Shown: one piece after another, positions 46,008-54,650 of the stretch
Position numbering within the stretch: position 1 is the stretch's first letter
How the letters are laid out: the number at the start of each line of letters is the position of its first letter
IMG/VR virus record: IMGVR_UViG_3300012950_000004
Location: 1 to 57,281 of that record
Strand: one strand, 5' to 3'
Length of the DNA stretch: 57,281 bases
Origin: a virus
Lineage: Duplodnaviria > Caudoviricetes
Made by a program: the position numbers and the translations under genes
Notes under the pieces: generated by a model
What the model was told of the DNA's origin: nothing
Databases searched by the model: none
What the model saw: the letters and a program-made list of their open reading frames with translations, nothing else

Positions 46008-46616
46008 ATGGCCCGTAAAACTTTATTAACTGAATCGGAGATTCGCCAATTTATGAAATTAGCGAATTTAACCCCGGTAGGAACTTCTCGTATAAACGAG
46101 TTGAGTGAGACCGACGACAAGGACGATCCCCCCGCGAATCGCCAAGTATACCAAGAACGATCGGAAGATCACGAACTGGAAGATGAACTTGGCGCCACGG
46201 AAGATGAACTTGGCGCCGAAGATGAATTCGCAGATGAAGAGGGCGATGAGCTGGACGACTTAGAAGGGCTCGACGATCTCGAAGGCGACGAACTTGCCGC
46301 CGATGATGCCGGTGCCGGAATGGTGTCGGTAGATGATTTCATGAGTGCTCTTGAAGACGCTCTGGAAAACGTGCTGGGAGAACCAGTAACCGTTGATGAC
46401 GAAGCAGAAGATGAAGATGAAGTTGAGGACGTTGAGGATCTCTCTATGGATGTTGAACTAGGTCCCGAAGGCGGAGAAGAAATCGCAGTGAGTGATGAAG
46501 AAGAGTTGGTTGCAGAAGTGGCGCGCCGGGTCGCACAGCGCCTCACGAAGCAGGACCGCTCAGAAGCGATGGCAGATCAACTTGCAGAACGAATTCTCCA
46601 ACGACTTACAAAATAA
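46008..46616 (+). CDS. Highly acidic putative prohead-internal protein
   Basis: Late box and AAGGAG RBS; D/E-rich with an EDELGA repeat; LxE motifs; RQFMKLANL. Confidence 0.65.
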   Translation: MARKTLLTESEIRQFMKLANLTPVGTSRINELSETDDKDDPPANRQVYQERSEDHELEDELGATEDELGAEDEFADEEGDELDDLEGLDDLEGDELAADDAGAGMVSVDDFMSALEDALENVLGEPVTVDDEAEDEDEVEDVEDLSMDVELGPEGGEEIAVSDEEELVAEVARRVAQRLTKQDRSEAMADQLAERILQRLTK

Positions 46617-46617
46617 T

Positions 46618-46675
46618 TTGACAAGTGTTTTACGGCATGTTATAATAACCACTGAGATGCGTCTCAGTGGTTATT
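46618..46675 (+). promoter_or_regulatory. Consensus sigma70 promoter overlapped by a perfect 14-bp inverted repeat
   Basis: TTGACA-17-TATAAT (46618-46646); AATAACCACTGAGA-tgcg-TCTCAGTGGTTATT (46644-46675). Confidence 0.85.
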
Positions 46676-46689
46676 TATTATGAGGGAAT

Positions 46690-47094
46690 ATGGATTGGCT
46701 TCTATATGTTTTGACGTTTGTTTTTGGTTATATAACCTGTAAGACGTTTTATTTTTTGCGCGCCACGCGATTAAGCATGATGGTGGTAAAGGGCGCCCAC
46801 GTAGTTTACCTATCTGCCATGATTAAAGCTTTAGAAAATTTGGCTCATTCTCGCGAAATTATGCTAGAGCACATGCTTAAAGGCAATCAAGATGCCACTC
46901 AAATTAGTTCGTTTGAATTGAAGTTTGAGGAGGACGTGAAGTTTTTTAAGGAAAGATCTGTGCATTTGTTGGCGGCGCTGCACCCCAAGTTCTTTGCTCA
47001 AATGATGGAGTTTGAAGATTGGAGCAGTGCATCAACTTTTTTAATAGAACATAAAGAAGTCGCCTTTAAATTTTGGGAGCGCGAAAATGATTGA
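46690..47094 (+). CDS. Hypothetical protein with an N-terminal transmembrane segment
   Basis: Hydrophobic N-terminus MDWLLYVLTFVFGYITC. Confidence 0.65.
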   Translation: MDWLLYVLTFVFGYITCKTFYFLRATRLSMMVVKGAHVVYLSAMIKALENLAHSREIMLEHMLKGNQDATQISSFELKFEEDVKFFKERSVHLLAALHPKFFAQMMEFEDWSSASTFLIEHKEVAFKFWEREND

Positions 47095-47725
47095 TAAAAT
47101 TAGAGAAAAAGTAAATACTTTTATTACCAACTTAGAAGAAGAAGCACAAGAAGAGCCAAAAATTGTCTTAATCGATCCGGCTCAAGGAGGAAGAGAGCCC
47201 GATCTGCGCACAGTAGGGCTGTTTAGCGATGTTGCGGAAGACAAGGTGGCCGAACTCGTTCAAGGGCTGCTGTACTTAGATGCCATGAACCAATTAGAGG
47301 AAGATCCAGAGGAGTGTAAGCCCATTGAATTCTATCTTTCAACATATGGCGGCAGTGCGGACGATATGTTTGCGCTTTATGACATCATGCGACAAGTGCA
47401 AAGTGAAATACACACCATCGGCGTCGGCAAAGTTATGTCAGCCGGTGTCCTTTTACTGGCATCTGGAGCGAAGGGCAAACGAAAGATAGGAAAATATTGT
47501 CGTGTCATGATTCACTCGGCGATTGCTGGAAGCCATGGCTCTCTTCCTAATCTGGTAAATGAACTAGAAGCCCTCAAAAAAACCCAAGACGATTATATCG
47601 AGGCACTGGCGACAGAAACAAATATGTCAAAAGAAGACATTAAAAACATGCTTGAACGCAAAGTTAATGTCTATTTATCTGCAGAAGAAGCTGTAGAATT
47701 AGGTATAGCTGACATAATTATTTGA
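47087..47725 (+). CDS. clpP: ClpP-like protease (paralogue 2)
   Basis: LSTYGGS, GKVMSAG (Ser), VMIH (His) and YLSAEEAVELGIAD; Asn stands where the triad Asp is expected. Confidence 0.9.
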   Translation: MIDKIREKVNTFITNLEEEAQEEPKIVLIDPAQGGREPDLRTVGLFSDVAEDKVAELVQGLLYLDAMNQLEEDPEECKPIEFYLSTYGGSADDMFALYDIMRQVQSEIHTIGVGKVMSAGVLLLASGAKGKRKIGKYCRVMIHSAIAGSHGSLPNLVNELEALKKTQDDYIEALATETNMSKEDIKNMLERKVNVYLSAEEAVELGIADIII

Positions 47726-47735
47726 GGTTTTTTGT

Positions 47736-49385
47736 ATGTCTGAATTGAAAAATATCCTAGAAGAAGAATATACCAAGAAGGAGAGGACAGTCACTCCGGC
47801 AACTCTGATGGAGATGGTTGAAGAGGTGATAACGCTATCAAGCGGCATGATTATCGAACATGAAGAGCCTTCGGCACGACTTACTGAGGCCGAACGATTT
47901 AGCATGTCTATCCCCATTCCGAAACTTAACATTAACGAAGCATGGGGCGACCCTGAGAGCCAATCAAGAAAAGACGTCGACAGAATCTTTGCGTCTATCA
48001 CTAGACAAGGCGACATCAAACAAAGAATTCAGCATGTTAACAGTTTCGTTGACCCGAAGACGGCTCAGAGGAAAGGCAAAGGCAAAAGATTTAACGCTAT
48101 CCTTAATATGATGATGATCATTGAAGCGCTTCAAGCATGCTTAAATGACTATAGCGAGTCTTCCGCTGGGTTCGTATTCGAAGGATTTATGGCGGCACTC
48201 ACCGGAGGTGCGCAACAGGCGGATCGTGTCGGAGGCACCCTGCCTATCGAAGACTTTGTCACCGGTGACGGCGACAATGTGAGTCTCAAACTCTTGAGCC
48301 CAAACACAGGCATTCACGGAAGCTTTACTAACCTTGTTGATTATTTGTTTTTACGAGGTGGCGCCGGCGAACCAAGCATCAAGTATTTGATCGGACGCAA
48401 AAATTCAGAAGATGGCGATGATGTTTCGCAATTAAGTATCTCTGACTTTGTGATTAGTCGCGACAACTTCATGGCTATCATGGAGTCGACCAAAAAGAAC
48501 AGAGCATTGTTGGGCGATGAAGAAACTAAAACTCACTTAGCACAACAGATTCAAGGGTTCGATGATTCCCCCGAGTGGAGAGTCGGAATGCAGAAAATCT
48601 TAGAAAAGGTTCCCGGCTATACCGGCGGTATGTTTAGTAAGAGTGTCGATGCAGCTGGACAATTTGAACCAGAAGAGGAAAGTGATCTTGTTTTCAAGAA
48701 GCAAAAGCAATATCATGCAGGGAAATTAAAGGATTATAACACAGACGCCCAAAACTCAGCAGAAGAGCTTGCCGCTGCAGGCGCAGAACCAAATTTTGAG
48801 AAATGGGCAAGGACCCAGTCGGACAATTTAAGACACCTTATGCCCCCCATCAGAGATTCAGAAGATCAGGATGAAGTCGCGAAGGCACAAAAGAAGCAGC
48901 AAAGTAACTTAGTCAAGCTACAAAAAATCTACAATGCGGCTTATACTGCCGCAGCAGAGGAAGTTCAACAGGTAGCAGAATCACACTTTGGCGCTTTCCA
49001 TGTAAGAGAAAAGCGTATGATGAAAGAAGAAAGAGCCTTGATGGAGGGTGGTGGTAGAGATGGCGGTAGCCAGTGGGAGATTACCGTGGCTGGAATGAGT
49101 AAACTCAGAAAAGTAGCCAGTGTGCGATACTATGGTGAGCTAAACCTGTCCGATGAAAATATCAAAGCATGCGCCGCCATCTATATTGAGAAGTTGAAAG
49201 ACGATATGATGACACTCTTAGAGACAACAAAAAGCTTCACAGAAAATGTTGGAATGTATTTTAGCGCAGATCGTCGCTCAACTGCTATGAACGCGAACCA
49301 AAGAGCGCAAGACGAAGGTAAAGCTATCGTTAAAACATTAGCAGCAGCAAAGACCTCCGCCGAGAAAGACCCCGATATTGAATAA
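47736..49385 (+). CDS. Putative head-internal protein with a restriction-endonuclease-like core
   Basis: GFVFEGFMAAL...PIED...VSLK (E..D..SxK) and several L/IxE motifs. Confidence 0.5.
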   Translation: MSELKNILEEEYTKKERTVTPATLMEMVEEVITLSSGMIIEHEEPSARLTEAERFSMSIPIPKLNINEAWGDPESQSRKDVDRIFASITRQGDIKQRIQHVNSFVDPKTAQRKGKGKRFNAILNMMMIIEALQACLNDYSESSAGFVFEGFMAALTGGAQQADRVGGTLPIEDFVTGDGDNVSLKLLSPNTGIHGSFTNLVDYLFLRGGAGEPSIKYLIGRKNSEDGDDVSQLSISDFVISRDNFMAIMESTKKNRALLGDEETKTHLAQQIQGFDDSPEWRVGMQKILEKVPGYTGGMFSKSVDAAGQFEPEEESDLVFKKQKQYHAGKLKDYNTDAQNSAEELAAAGAEPNFEKWARTQSDNLRHLMPPIRDSEDQDEVAKAQKKQQSNLVKLQKIYNAAYTAAAEEVQQVAESHFGAFHVREKRMMKEERALMEGGGRDGGSQWEITVAGMSKLRKVASVRYYGELNLSDENIKACAAIYIEKLKDDMMTLLETTKSFTENVGMYFSADRRSTAMNANQRAQDEGKAIVKTLAAAKTSAEKDPDIE

Positions 49386-49391
49386 AAACAT

Positions 49392-49420
49392 TTGACATTT
49401 AGCCAACAAGCGATTATAAT
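49392..49420 (+). promoter_or_regulatory. Consensus sigma70 promoter for groEL
   Basis: TTGACA-17-TATAAT. Confidence 0.85.
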
Positions 49421-49443
49421 ATATACATAACTGTGAGGTATTA

Positions 49444-51024
49444 ATGAGCCGAGAATATTCGGATAGCAGTGCACTGCAACAAAAGATAATGAAAGGCGCC
49501 AACATTTTAGCGGACAATGTGGCATCAACCCTAGGTCCACGCGGTCGCAATGTTTTATTGCACGAAAAGCATCGCACCCCTTTTATCACCAAAGATGGAG
49601 TAACGGTGGCGGCATTTGTCAGCTTATCAGACCCCTTCGAAAATGCTGCAGCCCAGATTATCAAACAGGCGGCAGTGGAGACTAACAATGAAGCTGGAGA
49701 TGGGACAACCACGGCGACGGTTTTAGCGCGTGCCATCTTGGAAGAATCTCAAAAGTTTTTGGCATCCGGGGCTTCCCCCGTCGAACTTCAACGTGGCATT
49801 CATTTGGCGACAAAGGAAGTGTTAAACGCCCTGAGCGCTATGGCAACCCCCGTAGCGAGCCTGGACGATATTCGACATATTGCTACTATTTCGGCCAATA
49901 ATGATAAAGTGATTGGGAATCTCATAGCGACCGCCATTGATCGCATTGGACAAGATGGAAGCATCACTATCGAGGAATCTCGATCGCTAGATACTTCAAT
50001 TGATTTAGCCGAAGGCTTTAAACTTCCTGCCGGCTTTTGCGCTGGAGCATTTATCACCGATGACCGACGCGCCATTATGCACCATGAAGATCCGCTCTTT
50101 CTTGTGACCGATGCAAAGATTTCCACCGTTGAAGAAATTTTACCACTCTTGGAGACGATTGCTCGCGAGAATCGCCCTCTTGTGGTTGTTGCCGAAGAAG
50201 TCGAAGGTCAAGCGTTGGCAGCTTTAATTATGAACGCCACACGTGGCTCGCTTAAGGTGGCAGCTATAAATGCCCCTGCGTACGGAGAAGAGCGACGATC
50301 GATCCTAGAAGATTTGGCAATCTCGGTTGGCGCAACCTTTGTTTCTCGCGAAAAAGGCGTAGCACTCAGAGAGGTGCAGATGAAGGATCTAGGGACCGCT
50401 AAATTTATTGACAGCACCAAACATCAGAGCACCATTGTAGGCGGATTGTGCGATCCGGCGCAAGTTGAACAGAGAATCGCCCAACTTAAATCTCTCATCG
50501 AAACCACCGAAAATCTTGCCGAATGTGAACTATATCAAAATCGCATTACGCGCTTGGCATCAGGGGTTGCGGTGATTCGTGTGGGTGGCGCCACGGAAGT
50601 AGAGATGACCGAGAAGAAACATCGCATCGAAGATGCTTTGGAAGCTGTGCGCTCCGCACAAGAAGAAGGCATCATACCGGGAGGAGGCGTGGCACTTCTA
50701 AGAGCATCACGCAGCATGTGTGTTATAACTCACGGAGACGCCGATCAGGGTCTAGGGGCAGCGGTCGTGCAAGCTGCATGCCAAGCGCCATTGCGCCAGA
50801 TGGCCTACAATGCCGGGCTTTCGTCTGATATCGTTGTGCAGAAAGTTTCGGAAGCCCCCGAGCATTGTGGGTGGGACTTTAGATCTGACAGCTTAGTAAA
50901 CTTAATGGAAGAGGGAATCATCGATCCAGTAAAGGTAACTAAAACTGCCCTCATTAACGCGGCAAGCTGCGCAGGGACGCTTATCACCACTAATTATGGC
51001 ATTATTCAAACGGAGGTAGACTAA
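49444..51024 (+). CDS. groEL: Chaperonin GroEL
   Basis: TLGPRGRNV, ITKDGVTVA, AGDGTTTATVLA, RIEDAL, GGGVAL and GIIDPVKV motifs; no GGM tail. Confidence 0.97.
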   Translation: MSREYSDSSALQQKIMKGANILADNVASTLGPRGRNVLLHEKHRTPFITKDGVTVAAFVSLSDPFENAAAQIIKQAAVETNNEAGDGTTTATVLARAILEESQKFLASGASPVELQRGIHLATKEVLNALSAMATPVASLDDIRHIATISANNDKVIGNLIATAIDRIGQDGSITIEESRSLDTSIDLAEGFKLPAGFCAGAFITDDRRAIMHHEDPLFLVTDAKISTVEEILPLLETIARENRPLVVVAEEVEGQALAALIMNATRGSLKVAAINAPAYGEERRSILEDLAISVGATFVSREKGVALREVQMKDLGTAKFIDSTKHQSTIVGGLCDPAQVEQRIAQLKSLIETTENLAECELYQNRITRLASGVAVIRVGGATEVEMTEKKHRIEDALEAVRSAQEEGIIPGGGVALLRASRSMCVITHGDADQGLGAAVVQAACQAPLRQMAYNAGLSSDIVVQKVSEAPEHCGWDFRSDSLVNLMEEGIIDPVKVTKTALINAASCAGTLITTNYGIIQTEVD

Positions 51025-51254
51025 TGGAGCATGGAGATTTGGTATACATACCACAAGATGTTACGCTGTTTGACAGCGGAAATATCCACATTGACAAAAC
51101 CCAGAAACCAATAATCGGAGTCTTCCTGAGAGAGACTCCAGTTGGGCCCCCCCTATATAAAGCGGGAACTTACACGATATACGCCCGCGGTAGAGAAAAC
51201 GTTGTCGAACGTCGACACGTATACCCCATGGAGGAATACGATGGCGCTCGTTAG
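51024..51254 (+). CDS. Hypothetical small beta-rich protein
   Basis: GGAGG RBS; TAATG overlap with groEL. Confidence 0.6.
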   Translation: MEHGDLVYIPQDVTLFDSGNIHIDKTQKPIIGVFLRETPVGPPLYKAGTYTIYARGRENVVERRHVYPMEEYDGAR

Positions 51255-51534
51255 ACTAACAGAGGTGTGTTCAAATGGAACATACACAAATAATCAACAA
51301 TATTCATTGCGAGAAGTTTTTGTAAACCCAGAACATGTCGTGATGATTCGAGAAGAACGTAGAATGAGACAGCTAAACGAACAAGGACAGCTACCTCAAG
51401 AGCTATCCACCGATCACCAATTTACTAAGCTGACAATAAACCGAGGGCACACGGGGACTGAAATCGTGGTCGTGGGCTCTCCTGATATCGTCGAAACCAC
51501 ACTTAATCATAAAAAGGATTTACTAAGAGGATAA
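51241..51534 (+). CDS. Hypothetical protein, FlbD-like pattern
   Basis: GGAGG RBS then ATG 51241; MALVRLT...VFVNPEHVVMI...TKLTI..G...VV. Confidence 0.55.
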   Translation: MALVRLTEVCSNGTYTNNQQYSLREVFVNPEHVVMIREERRMRQLNEQGQLPQELSTDHQFTKLTINRGHTGTEIVVVGSPDIVETTLNHKKDLLRG

Positions 51535-51535
51535 T

Positions 51536-52105
51536 ATGAGTGAAAATCAACGAGTGAGTATCCAATACTCTATTGGCATCGAAGAGTTGCCACAAGAAGT
51601 TGCGAGACTTCTCCATAAAACACAAACCCAACTGAAAGAGATAGTAGAGAAGGACTTAACAGCGCTGATGGACTCTCCGCGTGAAAGCGTCCTCTCTTTA
51701 AATACCCTCACGGATGTGGCAGTGGCGCGCAAGAAAGTTGCCCTAATTGATCACATTTTAAATGATGTTGAAAACATCATTAATGGATTTGTGTCCTATC
51801 GCGTACAAGAAACGTTACCCGAAGATACTGACGTTGAGCAGCGGGCGCCTACCCCGGCAGACACAATTGCTGATCAGCCACCTTTTGATCCGGCATCTCA
51901 AATGAGTGCCCCAGCACACCATCCTGGCATGCCCACCGCCATCCCAACGGGCACACCGGGGATGCCCGATAGCGTTCAGATGACTCAAGCCTTGAACAAT
52001 CTAAGCAATATGGACATGGATGATTTCCGCCAAAAGATCCAACTAATGAAAGAAGCGCGAGATGCGCGCTCTAGTGAATTACCAGACGCCCCTGTTGAAA
52101 AATGA
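51536..52105 (+). CDS. Hypothetical protein
   Basis: Helical N-terminus and a P/M-rich low-complexity linker. Confidence 0.65.
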   Translation: MSENQRVSIQYSIGIEELPQEVARLLHKTQTQLKEIVEKDLTALMDSPRESVLSLNTLTDVAVARKKVALIDHILNDVENIINGFVSYRVQETLPEDTDVEQRAPTPADTIADQPPFDPASQMSAPAHHPGMPTAIPTGTPGMPDSVQMTQALNNLSNMDMDDFRQKIQLMKEARDARSSELPDAPVEK

Positions 52106-52875
52106 AAACCCCCATCCGCGACCCCTTCAAGAGCACGGCTTCGTCCACCCTGCAGGAGATAATTCCGCCAGCATCAAAAATTAATTTTTTTAATTTATAT
52201 GGAGGATTTCTGGAATCGAATCTCGGAGCCAGTGATCGCGTGGTGGTGGCAAATACCAACCGGTATGTTATATATGAATTTTGGAAATGTGCATTAGAAA
52301 ATCCTAACCAAATTGCCGATGTGGTAAAATTTATGCGCGAGAGGGATCTGCTCAATAGCTACACCTTGGAGATTCTTCAGGACCAGTGGGCATTTTACAA
52401 GAACCCCTATCTTCGCGCTGCTTTGTTCTTTTTACTTAATAACTGTTCTACCACCGGTCAAGTCTCAACAGGTACCGCCGACGAGCAGGCTTTTTCTCCT
52501 TTCGCACTCACCGCCCTGCGCAGCTTCACCCCTGGGCTTTTTTATTTAAATTTTTATGATAAACTGGAAGTACTAGATTTTGATTTTGAAGATCTTAGGA
52601 CCGATTTTGTGGTATTTTCGTTAGGCAAGTTTAGCTATAATTTGTTTGAGCACGGCACATATACCGGATTGGAAGAGGTGCGCATTAATCATCGACAAAT
52701 GCGGACTTTTTTGAACCACACTTCACATAAAACACTTTTTTTATATGAGATGCACCCGCATCTACCTGAATTTTATAAAGACCACAAAGTTATTTATTTG
52801 GACGTCTATGGGCGCCCAACGACGGATGCTGCGAAAGCGCGGGAGGTGATAGTTGCCAATTTCGGAATTAGTTAA
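52102..52875 (+). CDS. Degenerate Dam/D12 methyltransferase paralogue (catalytic motif lost)
   Basis: MKTPIRDPFKS...NLYGGFLE...YEFWKCAL aligns with the 25050 Dam (MKTPLRYPGGKS...PFFGGGSVE...VWFWQAL), but there is no DPPY. Confidence 0.65.
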   Translation: MKTPIRDPFKSTASSTLQEIIPPASKINFFNLYGGFLESNLGASDRVVVANTNRYVIYEFWKCALENPNQIADVVKFMRERDLLNSYTLEILQDQWAFYKNPYLRAALFFLLNNCSTTGQVSTGTADEQAFSPFALTALRSFTPGLFYLNFYDKLEVLDFDFEDLRTDFVVFSLGKFSYNLFEHGTYTGLEEVRINHRQMRTFLNHTSHKTLFLYEMHPHLPEFYKDHKVIYLDVYGRPTTDAAKAREVIVANFGIS

Positions 52876-53203
52876 ATCGTGCCTGATTATGGGAGTGGGA
52901 CAAACCCTTATTTGGTTTCAGTTATATTCTCATTATATTTGGAAGTGGTGGGAACATAAGCCAGTTCACGCAGCTTTGATCTATGGAATCCCCGCCAGCA
53001 TTTGTTTTTGGTATGGAACCAAGATGGCAGTTGACGCCACCAGCGAAGCATGGACTGCGCGCCTTTTGGGTTTTGGAATGTCATATATGACATTTCCGTT
53101 GTTGACATGGTGGCTATTAAATGAAACTATGTTTACGACAAAGACTATGTTGTGTGTGTTCCTCTCAGTTTTAATCGTGATGATACAGCTATGTTGGAGA
53201 TAG
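52853..53203 (+). CDS. Small four-TM membrane protein (SMR/DMT-like)
   Basis: Four hydrophobic segments and an LLNE motif before the last helix; GGAGGT RBS. Confidence 0.6.
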   Translation: MPISELVKSCLIMGVGQTLIWFQLYSHYIWKWWEHKPVHAALIYGIPASICFWYGTKMAVDATSEAWTARLLGFGMSYMTFPLLTWWLLNETMFTTKTMLCVFLSVLIVMIQLCWR

Positions 53204-53204
53204 A

Positions 53205-53537
53205 GTGAAATTAGTAGAAAAGCCGTGGGGATTCGAACTCATTTGGGCAGAGACAGAAAATTATGTTGGAAAATTATTGCATATTAATCCAAAACAACGA
53301 TTATCGTTGCAATATCATGAAATCAAAGAAGAAACCATCTATGTATTAGAGGGGACATTGTTAAATTACACGGATGAATCCACTCCCCCCCAGCATATTC
53401 CAGAAGGACAATCTTTTCATGTACTCCCTCACCAAGTCCATCGTTTTGGCGCAGGTAAAGAGGTGGTGCGCTTAATGGAAGTATCCACGCCACACCTAGA
53501 TGATGTGGTGAGGCTATCTGATGATTATGAACGATAG
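53205..53537 (+). CDS. Cupin, type II mannose-6-phosphate isomerase C-terminal-like
   Basis: KPWG, RLSLQYH..KEET, HRF, EVST and DVVRLSDDY motifs. Confidence 0.85.
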   Translation: MKLVEKPWGFELIWAETENYVGKLLHINPKQRLSLQYHEIKEETIYVLEGTLLNYTDESTPPQHIPEGQSFHVLPHQVHRFGAGKEVVRLMEVSTPHLDDVVRLSDDYER

Positions 53538-53546
53538 GAGAAAAAA

Positions 53547-53846
53547 ATGCCTGAAAATGAGTTGAAAGAGGTGCCCGCAAATGTTACCCCCATCTTGCCT
53601 GAAGGAAAGAATTTTAAAGGCCAATATTTAATAATTGAACCTAATACCATTGTCGAGCGAGAATACTCCACGCTCCCTCACCATTCTCGCATCTTTGTTG
53701 AGCGCGGGATTTTGTTCATATATGAAGATCAAGTAGTGGTTAGAAAGGTAATTGCCGGACGCTATTTTGATGTGAAGGCGGATTATTTATATACTTTCGG
53801 CGCTGGCGATGATGGCGCTAGCGTAACAGAAACGTATCGGAAGTAA
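53547..53846 (+). CDS. Degenerate cupin-like protein
   Basis: Strand pattern parallels the upstream cupin (IFVERG.L...Y.FGAG) without the metal-ligand H/E set. Confidence 0.5.
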   Translation: MPENELKEVPANVTPILPEGKNFKGQYLIIEPNTIVEREYSTLPHHSRIFVERGILFIYEDQVVVRKVIAGRYFDVKADYLYTFGAGDDGASVTETYRK

Positions 53847-53850
53847 GACA

Positions 53851-54609
53851 ATGGCTACCATATATCTTTTTGATGTAGACGGTACGCTGACGCCACCTAA
53901 GACCACGATACACCCTCAGTTTGGGTCCGACTTTGCAGCTTGGATGGAACACAAAGAGGTTTATATTGTTTCCGGGGGCTCCTTCGTGCGTATCCTCAAT
54001 CAACTAGGAAGCAAGATTGTGAATCGAAGCGCCGGAGTATTTGCTTGTATGGGTAATATTTTTTATGAGCAGATCGATCAGGTCAATAGCAGCGGTTACG
54101 AAGAGTGGAGAATAGTATATGAAAACGACTTTAAGGCACCCCGAGATTTATATAGTCATTTAGATGCCACCGTTAACGCCTCAGCATATCCGATCAAGAC
54201 AGGCAAGCATTACGAAATACGCACAGGTATGGTAAACTTTTCGATCGTAGGACGTAACGCGACAATGGAACAGCGAAAAGCCTACGCCAAATTCGACGAA
54301 GAGTTTAGTGAGAGGGCTCAGATCGTAGAGAAGCTGAAAAGGGAATATGATAAATTAGATTTTGTTATTGGAGGCGCCGTTAGTATTGATATTTTTAATG
54401 TGGGCAATGATAAATCTCAAATTATTGAGCGCCATTTTGAGGAAGCACTTAAACATAATTCTATTATTTTTGTAGGTGATCGGATTCCATTTCCCGGCAA
54501 TGATCACTCCTTGGCAACGGCCCTCCGACAGAGCCCCAACGGTATTGCTTATGAAGTGGAAACATGGGAAGATACCGTCGAACTATTAAAGACGCCTCCT
54601 TTTGCGTAG
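53851..54609 (+). CDS. Eukaryotic-type phosphomannomutase (HAD IIB)
   Basis: LFDVDGTLT, EIRTGMVNFS..GR, GG.VSIDI and FVGD...GND motifs. Confidence 0.88.
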   Translation: MATIYLFDVDGTLTPPKTTIHPQFGSDFAAWMEHKEVYIVSGGSFVRILNQLGSKIVNRSAGVFACMGNIFYEQIDQVNSSGYEEWRIVYENDFKAPRDLYSHLDATVNASAYPIKTGKHYEIRTGMVNFSIVGRNATMEQRKAYAKFDEEFSERAQIVEKLKREYDKLDFVIGGAVSIDIFNVGNDKSQIIERHFEEALKHNSIIFVGDRIPFPGNDHSLATALRQSPNGIAYEVETWEDTVELLKTPPFA

Positions 54610-54650
54610 ATACTGATAAAAACAACTATTTATAGTGACGAGGTAAATTA

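Noticed and set aside
46179-46230. Direct repeat GAAGATGAACTTGGCGCC as a possible CRISPR or regulatory array
   Set aside because: There are only two full copies, 3 nt apart and in frame (EDELGA); it is a coding repeat without spacers.
37825-51024. Bacterial chromosome origin suggested by dnaE, clpP, guaB and groEL
   Set aside because: The genes are divergent, single-stranded in orientation, interleaved with phage-type genes, and share promoter motifs with the virion block.
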